A DNA stretch of 64,000 nt from Octopus bimaculoides. Lineage: Eukaryota. The position numbers were made by a program, and so were the translations under genes. Of this stretch, positions 23,391-35,669 are shown in pieces. Location: positions 47,887,187-47,951,186 of the forward strand of contig NC_068986.1 of the NCBI RefSeq assembly GCF_001194135.2, in the 5' to 3' direction. The notes beneath the pieces were generated by a model. The model did no database searches and had not been told where the DNA came from. It worked only from the letters and a program-made list of their open reading frames with translations. Every line of letters starts with the position of its first letter. Positions within the stretch are counted from its first letter, which is position 1.

Positions 23391-25681
23391 TCGTAATACT
23401 TGGATCAAAATATGTTGCTTATTTCATTTTCATATATCTACCTCTATTATCAATTCTTTGGTCATTGTACATTAGAATTTCAGGCAAAAATCCAAGAAGC
23501 ATTGATTAATGACTTCTCTTTTCCTTTCCTATGCTCAAATTGCTGCATTTCAGGTCATATTCTTTTCTCTGAGTTTAGCATCACGGAAAAGGTCTCATCT
23601 TTTGCCTCTTTACTGGAAGTCTCTATAATTGTTTATAGCACAAAGTTTCTTATGTCCCTCATATAGTTAACTGCGGTCGGGATTTGAAGCTTGAAAAACA
23701 AATTTTACAGGCCCGGCGTTCAAAGTAATATGGAAAATAAAATGAAGATAAAGTTTATTGGTTTCACTGCAAATCATATCATTTAGTGTGCGTGCTGCGT
23801 CATTTTCTTTTGACCGTTTTTGCCTTTCCGACATTTCAACAAAGAGTAGGCCTTGAGATCCTTTAAGTATTACCGGATTATATATGCACATTTCCTTCTA
23901 ACCAACCAACGAATTGTGCTTGGACTGATAAATTTTGGTAACATGAACTTCTATAATTCATTACTGATTTTTTTCCTGTGAAAATTTTGACGAAGAGCGT
24001 CAACGCTAAAACAATTTGTAATTTGCAAAATCAGGAAAATTAAATTTGCAAGCAAGCAAACTTCTATTAGCATTAAAAAAATGAAATTGTGTCAAGCACA
24101 TATTAGAAATGTAATATTCGGATTTGTATTTCTGAACCCGGAAAAGGTTAAATTATATTAGTCACTAACGTTTCTTATGTTAATCCGGTACCCTCAAAAG
24201 CTGATAAATTACATTCTTTATTAAACTTATGCGCTTTATTCAATGCAACGTAACTCTTTTTTTCAAATACACTCCACTCCCTTTACTGTAAATTATTATT
24301 CGATTACTCTATTGATCTAGCATTCTACGACCACAGCGACATACTATTGTACACTATAATTGATTTCAGTCTTTCCCCTTCTGTATTTAAGTAATTTGTC
24401 TCAGTAAATATATTAAAAAATTTAGTTGAATATGCATAACTATTAGCAATTTTTTGCTATGACGTATTACAGCATATCTATACGGTATTACTATTCTGTC
24501 GTAGACAGTTGAACGAAATTTCCCAATCTTTGTTATTCTACCTACCATCATTAACTTTCCTATTAGAACAGGATATTTATAAAGCCAAGTAAAAGATTAC
24601 ACCAGAGCAATGCTATTGCTATTGCTAGACTTACAGCACAAATTTAACTGAAACCAATTGGTAGGGCTACAAAAAATCAAAGATTTAAAGATACATAATA
24701 AGCCACTACAAGAAGCCCTTTTCACCTATTCACCAACTTACATAAATCACAAATTATAACGATGACGCTATCAATTTCATGTCCAAATATTTTTTTTAAA
24801 AACAGCATAAGACAGGGTATTAAAAAAATTTTTTAAACCTTTCATATTTACATGTAATAGATTATTAGCTCCAGTTTATCAAAAAGTAAATTCTTTATAT
24901 TAGTTGCAAAAGATTCTTTAAATTACTAAAAAGTCTTCCTAAACAGTCTACCGACAGACATGTACTACACAATGTAAACTTTGTAATAGTTTGATAAATA
25001 AACTAATTTAACCTTAACTAACCTAAGCCACCATAACGATAAATAAGATTGTTTATGAAAATATGAAAAAAATATTTTCATTGTAAATGTGTTTCTCTAC
25101 ATTGAGAGCGGCTGCCAAAAATTGCCTACAGCTACACCTTTCTCGAACATCTAGAAATATCTTTAAAATTTCATAATTTCCATCCACCCATCCATCCATC
25201 CATCCATCCAGCCATCATTCCGTTCATTCATCCGTCCATCCATCCATCCATCCATCTATTCATCGCATACATATACACATACATATGTAGCAGGTATGTA
25301 CCTCGCTTTGAACCTGGACCCTTTATTTTTCAATTAGAAGGTTGTGGTTAACAGCAAAACAGGATCTTCCAAATTGAGTGATGACGTCACAAAAAGGTAA
25401 CAAACGAATTCGTTATATAATGAGTTAATTTACTGTCTCTAAAGATAGGCACCAGTCTTTATAGTGTTGAGCTTGCTTTATTAAAGACGTACATTCGCAA
25501 GAGAGACCCTCATAATTTTCAGGCTAAGCATTTGGAGCTACCCTGAGGATTTCTGTGTGCAGTGGGCTGTCCTGGTTGCATGTAGGTGACTCTTGTATGC
25601 TAACGATTATGATGAAATGAAGGACTGTATCGTATAATTGTGCATATGCGGGAAACGGTAAGGTAGTTCATTACTGTATTG

Positions 25682-25738
25682 GAGGGAGAGTTGAGAAGAG
25701 AGAGGGAGAGTTGAGAAGAGAGAGGGAGAGTTCAGAAG
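25682..25738. repeat. 20-bp purine-rich tandem repeat, about 2.8 copies
   Basis: GAGGGAGAGTTGAGAAGAGA repeated. Confidence 0.85.
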
Positions 25739-26621
25739 CGAACCAAACCCTCAGACACACAAGAATCGATAGAATGTGAATTAGAGAGAGCTCTATGAGT
25801 ACAGGCCACGATGGTGCGACTTGACAGCAAACTACCAGTCCATAAATGAATAATACATGGCTCATACATGGTAGCTTAGCTGGAATATACGTATATTAGA
25901 TACATTTGGATACTTTGACGATGTCAAGTGCAACAACACCAAATTTCTCTAGGGCGTCAGCTCACTGGTAAAAGATATAGATGAGTCGATTTCCAGTAGA
26001 TCCAACTTTACGAAAGCCATTGGTATTTAAGAAGGGAGAGAGAGATTTCACGTGTTAGAAAAGGTTGTTGTTATAACGGTGAGTTATCTAACTTATATGG
26101 TGATTATTCTTCCGAGTAGACTTCGTAATCAACGTCGGTTGGTCACCAATTTATAACGTATTCGAACTTGGTAAAGATAATAAATATAGATGTTTATTGA
26201 GTAGAAATCTATGGTGATAAACCCGTCACTTATAAAACTTAATTATAAGTATTATCCCTATACATAAATCATAACTCAGGCTGCGTAAACCAAGACGCTG
26301 AACGTGCATGTATGTTGAAGATAAATATGCTCGCTCCTTTTCGCCGCTATAATAACAGTTTCATAGTTACAGAAATAAATTTCATTAACAGGTTGAAGAA
26401 AATGAAGAAAGAGAAATTACTTACAAAATTAGTTATTTACGAACATTTGATATTTACAGCACATTATTATAAGTCAAAAGAAAACTGCCGTAGAGAATTA
26501 CGACATAAAATTTATATTAACTAATTCTTCCATACTAAGCTACTAGAGTTTTACACAAGAATTCAAAATAGCCTTGTCGAATTAAGTAATAGACATGGCA
26601 TAACAATAGTCAATATCTCAA

Positions 26622-26789
26622 GAGAGTGAGTGTCGTGGAAATGAGTGACAACCAATGAACACCGAGAGTGAGTGTCGTAGAATCGAGTGACAACCAACGT
26701 ACACTGAGAGTAAGTGTTGTAGAATCGAGTGACAACCAACGTACACTGAGAGTGAGTGTCGTGGAATCAAGTGACAACCAGCGAACACT
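26622..26789. repeat. 42-bp minisatellite x4
   Basis: Unit GAGAGTGAGTGTCGTAGAATCGAGTGACAACCAACGTACACT, four contiguous copies with a few substitutions and no spacers. Confidence 0.95.
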
Positions 26790-26790
26790 G

Positions 26791-27752
26791 ATTCTTCTTC
26801 TTATTCCTTTTTCTCCCTTGTGGAGCATAGGGCCTCAACAGTTATTTTCCACTTTTTGCGGTCATTAGCGTGTTTATTGATTGCTTCCCATGTCAGGCCG
26901 GTGGTCCTAAGCTCGTCCAAAATGTTCCGCTTCCATGACTGCTTCGGGCGTCCACGCTTCCTTTTCCCCTGAGGGTTCCAGTCAAGTGCTTGTCGTGTCA
27001 CATTTGAGGGTTCTTTCCGCAGTGTGTGCCCGATCCATCTCCATTTCCTTCGTCTAATCTGAACATGTATGGGCTCCTGGTTGGCCCTTTCCCACAGGTC
27101 GGTGTTTGGCGCTTTGTCGAGCCACTTTAGTTGGAGGATCTGCCGGAGACATTTGTTGATGAAGGTCTGGATCTTCTTGTAGTTGCCGCAGGTGACTTTC
27201 CACGTTTTAGAGCCATACAAAAGCACAGATTTTACATTTGAACTAAATAAGCGGAGTTTAGTTCGAGTTGAGATGGCAGTGGACTTCCATACCGGCCGAA
27301 GAATAGCGAAGGCTTGCCAAGCTTTCTTGCTTCTTGCAGTGATCTCCTCGTCTGATCCACCTGATTTGCTGATCTTGCTGCCAAGATAGACAAACTCACT
27401 AACGTCTTCCACAGGTGCCCCCTCGACTGGGATTGGCTCTTTCTGCTTGTTGTTGATACGCAACACTTTTGTCTTATCCTGGCTGATCCTCAAGCCCACT
27501 TACCGTGAAGTTTCTCTCAGGTGGTCTACCTTATCTTGCATGTCTTGCAGGCGATGTGACAGTAACGCGTGATCATCCACATAGTCCAAGTCCTCCAGCG
27601 TATTCATCAGTGTCCCCACTGAATACCTTTCCCCGAGGTAGCGTAGGTCGTCCTGGTGACCCAGTCCAGCACGACAAGGAACAGGAGCGGTGAAAACAAA
27701 CAGCCCTGCCTGACTCCCGTGCTGACCCTGAATTCCTCCGACAATCTCCCCA
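26791..27752 (-). mobile_element. RTE-clade LINE, 5'-truncated, reverse transcriptase 3' half
   Basis: Translates STGVRQGCLFSPLLF...(frameshift)...LEDLDYVDD...*VGLRISQDKTK...FVYLGS...SVLLYGSKTW...RKWRWIGHTLRK...WNPQGKRKRGRPKQSW...ALCSTREKKE-stop, followed by a TAAGAAGAAGAAT tail. Confidence 0.95.
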
Positions 27753-28152
27753 AAATCAGGGTTTTTAAACTGCTCATGCCTGGATTCTAAGAACCGTATT
27801 TCGTGAAAGATTTCTCTTTGACGAAAGATTAGAATTCAAATATGAACAGTAATTTTAACCAATGGGAAATTAACAATTATNNNNNNNNNNNNNNNNNNNN
27901 NNNNNNNNNNNNNNNNNNNNNNNNATTTCAATACATAGTTGGAATTAATATTTTAGCAAGTCAAATATACAAATTTACAAATGTATCCACTTGTTAAACA
28001 AATGAAAATAACCGCGCATCACGGTTTTACAATAATACAGCGTTCTTGGAAGGTTTATCAAAGTGTTCAATATAATTTCTCTGGAAAAAATTATAAAATC
28101 TTTTTTAAGAAAAAAAAAATTCCAGGAATATAAAAGTCCATAAGGAATATAT

Positions 28153-29790
28153 TCAAACAAACTGGGAAAGTCTTTTGGGAAAATGTACAATTCTACCACT
28201 TCTAGTTTTCTTTTCGCTGGTAGGTGATTTTAAAATTGACTTGTGGATCTTTTCCCCAACCTTAAGTTCGCTGTTTTGGGAATTGTTCTGTTTCTAGTCA
28301 TTTTGAAATGTGTTGCTCAAATTTTTATTCTCATAACATGAAGACTGGTCGAAATAAGCTTTTTTAACTCTGTCTAAATTGACAATTACCTTTTTACCAT
28401 GCATATCCAAAGTCATTGTTTTATCTTTAATCGACGAAACTTTAAAAGGTCCATTGTATTTATAATTCAGTGAATGATGACTGGCATCATTACGTACAAA
28501 TACATGAATCCAAGAATTAGTATCGGAAGGGACGAAACTTTTAATATTTTGTAATTTATTTGTAAAAGAAGGAACATCAGAAAGAAATCTCTTGAGTCGG
28601 GTTACATAATTGTTAATATCTCTATTAAAAGAATTGGTTTCTTCAAACATTCGACCGGATTGAGTTAATGTTGTTCCGTAAAGAAGTTCAGCAGAAGAAT
28701 ATTGCAAACTTCCTTTAACAGCACTCCTGATTCGTAAAAATGTCACTGGTAAAACTTCTAACCAACTAATAGAATCAGAATAAGTTTTAAATGAAGATTT
28801 CAACTGCCTATGAAACCTTTCTATCATGCCATTAGATTGTGGATGATAGGAAGTAGTACGAATACTATGAATTCCCAACAATTTGTTAAATTCTTCAAAA
28901 AGTGTTGACTCAAATTGTCTTCCACGATCGTCAATGAGTTGGGTATGCCGAATCTGGACATCCAATTGGTAAATAAAGTTCTTGCTATAGTTACCGCTGA
29001 TATGTCTTTGATTGGATATGCTTCTGGCCATCGCGAAAAATGATCCATACATGTTAACAAATAACTATTACCTTCCACAGTAGGCAATGGTCCAACTATG
29101 TCAATATGAATGTGTTGGAATCTGGAATCAGGATTTGCAAAAGTACCTAATGGTGCTTTAATGTGACGATTCACTTTTGCTCTTTGGCACTGCATACACG
29201 AATATCCTTATTCATACCAGGCCAAACAAATCAACTAAATTTTAATGAAGCTCCAATGCCAGGATAAGATAAATTATGCATAGTAAAAACAGCTTTATTA
29301 CGCTTTTCAGACATAAATGGTCTAGAAAATCCTGTAGAAATATCATGCCAAATATGTGATTTAAAAGAATGAATCGGCAATAATTTAAATTTCAACGAAG
29401 TAGAACTGGAATCTTTGTATAAAGAAAATCCTTTATCAGTAGTTTGATCTTTAGACATTTCTTCTAAATTGATAGTACTTAATGAACGTAATGCATCAAC
29501 ATTCATTCGAGAAAGTGCATCAGCTGCAGAATTTTCAACACCCTTGATATACCATATATTCACGGTATACTGTGAAATATAATCAAGGTGTCTAATTTCT
29601 CTGGGAGAATATTATTGAGAAGAATTTTTTAGTACGTGTCAATGGTTTATGGTCAGTAAATAATGTAAATGAGCTACCTTCAAGAAGATGTCTGAAGTAC
29701 TTAATTGACAAGTAAGCTGTCAACAATTCTCTGTCGAAAACGCAGTATTTCGTTTCTGGTGCCTTGAACTGATTTTCGGTGTTTCCAGCA
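28153..29790 (-). mobile_element. Ty3/gypsy LTR retrotransposon pol remnant (RNase H - integrase)
   Basis: RNase H YCVFDRELL...FTLFTDHKPL; YIKGVENSAADALSR; zinc-binding C..C (CMQCQRAK); integrase core HIHIDIVGP...DHFSRWPEAYP...DRGRQFES...TTSYHPQSNGMIERFHRQLK; C-terminal KTRSGRIVHFPKRL-stop. Several frameshifts; no LTR identified. Confidence 0.95.
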
Positions 29791-30843
29791 ATTTTTCTCA
29801 AATTTACATTTCAGAAACACTATAATTACGATTTTTGTTTTCAAAAAGACATTTAATTATATATTTGTCTAACTTTTAGTATACCTGTCTTACATGAATC
29901 GGAATTTATCAGACTCTCGGGTTTTTCAGCATTTTCCCATCCCTATTCAACGATTCTAGTCCTTCAGTCCTATTTTCAAGAATCCAAATAGATTTGCCGT
30001 CCGCGTTGCTTCTTTTATATTGGTTGAATTTTTTTAAACATTTCTGCCGAAGGTTTTTTCGACTATATGATTTTCATATTTGTAGCCATGTGTAAATTTA
30101 TTGATGTGTATGTTGTCTGTGTATTTATTTTGGCATTGTTCTGTGATACGGAAACGGTTTCCATGGTTATTATCTTATTTCTGTCTTTCTGGGAAATTTT
30201 GTAGAGTATGCAAGTATTATCCTCTAGTAATTTTCTATCTAACTCTGTTTTGTGATATATGGTATAGTGTGTTGCGATTGTTTTTATTGTAAATGGATGG
30301 CGCACCTACCACAGAGTAATGGACTAGTATGTCTAATGTAACAGTTTGAGTCCTGAAGCTTGCAACTTTCAGTTTTGCAATCAAATTTTCAAACTACCCT
30401 GGTCATTGGTAGTCAGTTCTTGAGTTTACATGCTTGTAGTGTGTTATTGATAAAGCGACTTTTGGCTTTGGAGTTTTTGAAGCGTTTTACTAGTTTTAGT
30501 TGATGGTCAGGTATAATGCGAATTATGTTACGCTTTATGCAGTTTTTTATTATGTATTCATCTGTTCTGAATAAATTTTATGTGTGATTTGTGTATTTCT
30601 ATTTGGTGCATTCTCTGATGTATTTGTTGCAATTATTCTTGTATTCTTCTGTGGACCGATTTACAAGTCTGTTGGAAGACATGTGAATACAAATATCAAC
30701 AAAATATTTCTTGTAGGAAGCACTGTTTTCTGAGTTTCTGATGTAAACATCAGCGAAAAAAACACCTAAACCCTAACACAAGCACACACGCACAAATATA
30801 AGCGTTTGTGTATATGTATACACATTAATAGTTGCATGCATAG

Positions 30844-30903
<60 letters not shown>

Positions 30904-31224
30904 GTATGCACTATGGACTTCAGTATAATTTCTTTCATATTCAGAAGGTACTGGTCAACCAATGACTATGATATAAAATACTTGCCCAAGCTACAACACA
31001 GTAGGGTTGAAATGGAAACGATGTAGTTGGCAATCAAACTTTATTCCCCGCTGACTGCTATTTTTATTATCAAACCACGATGGATGAAAAGCGGAATCGA
31101 CTACAACATGATGCGAACACAAGACTTAAAGAAATATTGCAGAACCTCACAAATCATTTAATCTATCACGCAGTCGATTCTGCCATCTAGCACCCGTTTT
31201 AGCAATTAAATAATTTATCTTTTA

Positions 31225-31810
31225 TCTTTTACTTGTTTCAATCAATACACTGTGGCCATAATGTGGCCATTCTGTGGCCATACTGTGGTCATACTGTGGT
31301 ACCAGCTTGAAAATTTTTTGCTTGGATGAATTGATCCTAGTACTTATTTTTTTAAAGTCTGGTACCTATTCTATCGGAATAAGTTACGGGGATGTAAACG
31401 CACCAACACCGGTTATCAAGCGATGGTTAGACACACACACACGCACGCGCGCGCGCACATATGCTTGATCACTAAATCCACAACCTTTTATATTCTTTCT
31501 CTGTTTATTTTCTCTTATTCTTTTCTGTTGAAGAGCGTAGGCTCGAAACGTAAAAGTATTTCTTATTTTCCCGAGCGTCAAACTAACACATCTGCTTGTT
31601 GTTCATACACTTGTCTTCGCCCTTTGTTTTTCTGTAAATTTCAACTATATATATACATGTATGTATATGACTCGCTCCTTTCAGTTTCGGTCTACCAAAT
31701 CGATTGTCAAGGCTTTAGTCGGCTTGCGGTTACAGTAGAAGACACCTGTCCAAGGTGCCATGCAGATGGGACTGAGCCCGGAACCATGTGGTTCTTACCA
31801 CACAGCCAAA
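31225..31810 (-). mobile_element. SINE B interrupted by an about 190-bp insert at its microsatellite
   Basis: B tail at 31225-31430, insert at about 31460-31650, B head at 31665-31810. Confidence 0.8.
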
Positions 31811-32824
31811 TATTTCTAAGTGCATTATACTCCAAATCACTTTTAGCTTTTAAATAATCATTTGGGCGAGTAAACAAACAAAACATTATGAGAATTTGGA
31901 TTTAGCTTATTTTATATTCTTCACAATATAAAATTTTTAAATGGTTAGTAGAATTAGTTCGGGGCTTAAAGGAAAAGGAGAATTGATGGAGAAACACTTC
32001 GTAGATTGATGAATTAAACAAAATAGTTTTATGGAGCGAGACCAAGTTAGGATAAGAGATCTGAAATTTTTTTTTTTTTTTTTAATGACACACTGAATAT
32101 GCTAGCTACTCAGATAAATTAATTTGACCGATGTGACGAAGGTTACAATTTTGTGAGAAATTATTCTGTTCTATATAAGGAAGAAATACTCCTCGCCATG
32201 ATCAAATTTAACTTTGTACTAAAAAAGTCCTGTGAACGGAAATACATTTCGGTTTCTCAGTAAATACAGGCAGCTTCTGAAAAATTAGATTACATATTCA
32301 ATAATATTTAATATATATATCACATTCGAGCTCCGTGTCAAAAGAAGAATATCTATTTTAGTATACAGATGTCCCCATTTTCTTCAGTTGATATAATCGA
32401 CTATGTCACTTCCCTCCACCCAGCAAAACTGTGACCTTTTAGTTGTGTCAGAAGTTATTATTATTAGCTCTGTCGCCTTACGGGAGACTGAGTATATTAG
32501 ATCCATTAGTGCCACATCCAAAACAAATTAATTTTGATAATTCCTTCCAGGCTTACTTTTGACAATTACATCAATTCTTTTTTTCTGCCGAAATACATGA
32601 AAATACAAAGGTACCGATCTTACTGGAGATTAAAATACTTTAGTTGAAATAATTCCTATTAAATAATTTAGATTGAATCATTTAGATTTTTAGATATTAT
32701 TGCATTAATTCTTTTTTTTTTGGAACAGGAGATCTCGAAGCACACTAAGTTATAAACAAGCACGTATAAATATCGGATTCAAAACCCTTTTGGATAGAAA
32801 AAGTCGATGATTCTATCTAAAACT

Positions 32825-33070
32825 AGGGAGGTGAGCTGGTCGAAACGTTCGCTAGCCGAAACGTTCGCTAGCCGAAACGTTAACACGCCGGGCGAAATGC
32901 TTAGCGGTATTTCGTCTGTCTTTACGTACTGAATTCAAATTCCGCCGAGGTCGACTTTGCCTTTCAACATTTCAGGGTCGATAAATTAAGTACCAGTTGC
33001 CTACTGGGGTTGATGTAATCGACTGGCCCTCTCCCTAAAAATTTCGGGCCTTGTGCCTAGAGTAGAAAAG
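32825..33070 (+). mobile_element. SINE A with duplicated 16-mer in head
   Basis: GGAGGTGAGCTGGT(CGAAACGTTCGCTAGC)x2 CGAAACGTTAACACGCCGGGCGAAATGC... then the standard A body. Confidence 0.9.
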
Positions 33071-33621
33071 AGTTCTATCCAAAACGGTTTTTCAACCTGA
33101 TATTTACATGCTATTCTAGAATTATTATTTCACGTTCTCTCGGAAGTTTATATAATTCTTTTGAGGTCAGCTGTTGCATTATTTTATAAATACTTGATAA
33201 AATGAAGAAGATTGTGAATAGAATTCAAGAGTGCGTGGGGAAAAAAATTATGAATGGAATAAAAAAAATGTATGTGAAAAACAGTTAGAATAGGCTTTAT
33301 TTCACAAATAGGAAGTTAACTAGATTTATATACTTCCAGATATTCCAAATATTTTACTAACATCCAGACAATTATGTTTTTGTCCTTACGAAAGTAACCT
33401 TTGCTCTAAAAGACAACGACGTTGTAGGAAGCGTAACAAGAACAGAATTCACTCCATCCTCCCTAATATGATAAAATAATTGGAAATGACGGAAATTTTA
33501 AACACTTGAAACCACTCTAATTTAGCGAGAATGTGGGCGGTATTAGAATGAAAATGGTGTCATATTGAACAGTAAATATTATTTCGAATCGAGTAATATC
33601 ATGGAAAAGATAGGAAATACA

Positions 33622-33853
33622 GGCGACGAGCTGGCAGAAATGTTAGCGCGCCGGGCGAAATGCTTAGCGGTATTTCGCATGTCGGTACGTTCTGAGTTCA
33701 AATTCCGCCGAAGTCGACTTTGCCTTTCATCCTTTCGGGGTCGATTAAATAAGTACCAGTTACGCACTGGGGTCGAGATAATCGATCTAATTCGTTTGTC
33801 TGTCCTTGTTTGTCCCCTCTGTGTGTAGCCCTTTGTGAGTAATAAAGAAATAA
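33622..33853 (+). mobile_element. SINE A (long-tail variant) with 18-bp TSD
   Basis: GAAAAGATAGGA(A/T)ATACA flanks it at 33604-33621 and 33854-33871, with one mismatch. Confidence 0.9.
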
Positions 33854-33902
33854 GAAAAGATAGGATATACAACTTGTGTTTATTACTATATGCCCCACTG
33901 TG

Positions 33903-34158
33903 AGGCGGCGAACTGGTAGAATCGTTAGCATGGACGGAAAAATGCTTAGCGGCATTTCGTCTGTTTTTTCGCTCTGAGTTCAAATTTCATCAAGGCCGAC
34001 TTCGCTTATCATCTTTTCGGAATCGATAAAATAAGTACCAGTGGAACACTGGATTTCATGTAATCGTATTATCCCCGAGCTTACTGGCCTTGTGCCAAAA
34101 TCTGAAAACTTCTTCTTCTTCATCATTATCATTATCGTTGTTGTTGTTGTTGTTGTTA

Positions 34159-34204
<46 letters not shown>

Positions 34205-34416
34205 GGCTGCGAGTTGGCTGAATCGTTAGCACGCCAGGCGAAATGCTTAGCGATATTTTGTCTGCCGTTACGTTCTGAGTTCAAAATCCGCCGAGGTCGA
34301 TTTCACCTTTCATTCTTTTAGGGTCGATAAATTAAGTAGCAGTTAAACACTGGTGTGGATGCAATCGATTAGTCCCCTACCCCGAAATTTCAGAGTAAGA
34401 AACTATAATAAAAAGG

Positions 34417-34448
<32 letters not shown>

Positions 34449-34647
34449 GGCGGTGAGCTGGCAGAATCGTCAGCACGCTGGACAAAATGGTTAGCAGCAT
34501 TTCTTCCGTCTTTACGTTCTGAGTTCAAATTCTGCCTTTCATCATTTCGAGATCGATAAAATAAGTACCAGTTGAACACTGGGGTCAATGTAATCGATTT
34601 GTCGGCTCCGCCAAAATTGCTGCCTTTGTAGCAAAATTTGAAACCAT
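33903..34647 (+). mobile_element. Three further head-to-tail SINE A copies separated by (GTT)/(ATT)n
   Basis: A heads AGGCGGCGAACTGG (33903), AAGGCTGCGAGTTGG (34203) and AAGGCGGTGAGCTGG (34447). Confidence 0.9.
34110..34202. repeat. (GTT)n(ATT)n trinucleotide tract
   Basis: Direct observation. A second (ATT)n lies at 34417-34446. Confidence 0.95.
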
Positions 34648-35435
34648 NNNNNNNNNNNNNNNNNNNNNNNNNNNNNNNNNNNNNNNNNNNNNNNNNNNNN
34701 NNNNNNNNNNNNNNNNNNNNNNNNNNNNNNNNNNNNNNNNNNNNNNNNNNNNNNNNNNNNNNNNNNNNNNNNNNNNNNNNNNNNNNNNNNNNNNNNNNNN
34801 NNNNNNNNNNNNNNNNNNNNNNNNNNNNNNNNNNNNNNNNNNNNNNNNNNNNNNNNNNNNNNNNNNNNNNNNNNNNNNNNNNNNNNNNNNNNNNNNNNNN
34901 NNNNNNNNNNNNNNNNNNNNNNNNNNNNNNNNNNNNNNNNNNNNNNNNNNNNNNNNNNNNNNNNNNNNNNNNNNNNNNNNNNNNNNNNNNNNNNNNNNNN
35001 NNNNNNNNNNNNNNNNNNNNNNNNNNNNNNNNNNNNNNNNNNNNNNNNNNNNNNNNNNNNNNNNNNNNNNNNNNNNNNNNNNNNNNNNNNNNNNNNNNNN
35101 NNNNNNNNNNNNNNNNNNNNNNNNNNNNNNNNNNNNNNNNNNNNNNNNNNNNNNNNNNNNNNNNNNNNNNNNNNNNNNNNNNNNNNNNNNNNNNNNNNNN
35201 NNNNNNNNNNNNNNNNNNNNNNNNNNNNNNNNNNNNNNNNNNNNNNNNNNNNNNNNNNNNNNNNNNNNNNNNNNNNNNNNNNNNNNNNNNNNNNNNNNNN
35301 NNNNNNNNNNNNNNNNNNNNNNNNNNNNNNNNNNNNNNNNNNNNNNNNNNNNNNNNNNNNNNNNNNNNNNNNNNNNNNNNNNNNNNNNNNNNNNNNNNNN
35401 NNNNNNNNNNNNNNNNNNNNNNNNNNNNNNNNNNN

Positions 35436-35625
35436 TCCAACTTCGCTTGACAACCGATGCTGGTTTGTTTACGTCCCCGTAACTTAGTGGTTCGGCAAAA
35501 AGAGACCGATAGAATAAGTACTAGACTTACAAAGAATAAGTCCTGGGGTCGATTTGCTCGATTAAAGACGGTGCCCTAGCATGGCCGCAGTCAAATGACT
35601 GAAACAAGTAAAAGAGTAAAAGAGT
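35436..35625 (+). mobile_element. SINE B 3' half
   Basis: CGCTTGACAACCGATGCTGG...GACTGAAACAAGTAAAAGAGTAAAAGAGTA after a gap. Confidence 0.9.
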
Positions 35626-35669
35626 ATAATAGGCGTAAAATAACTTGCTGTAAACGAATATGAAAATAA

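Noticed and set aside
24560-25050. Possible CR1/L2-like LINE 3' remnant
   Set aside because: Too decayed. Only vague motif resemblance that I cannot support.
25465-25940. Possible solo LTR (TG start, reverse AATAAA, TGGTGCC nearby)
   Set aside because: No second boundary or TSD, and the PBS-like motif is offset from the putative end.
26622-26789. CRISPR-like appearance of the 42-bp repeats
   Set aside because: Contiguous units without unique spacers, in a eukaryotic context with no cas genes.
26791-26840. RTE 3' end as the partner of the SINE A long tail
   Set aside because: Similarity is limited to AATAAGAAG, too short and low-complexity.
29800-30700. Upstream continuation (gag/protease/RT) of the gypsy element
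   Set aside because: No gag, protease or RT motifs are recognisable in any frame.
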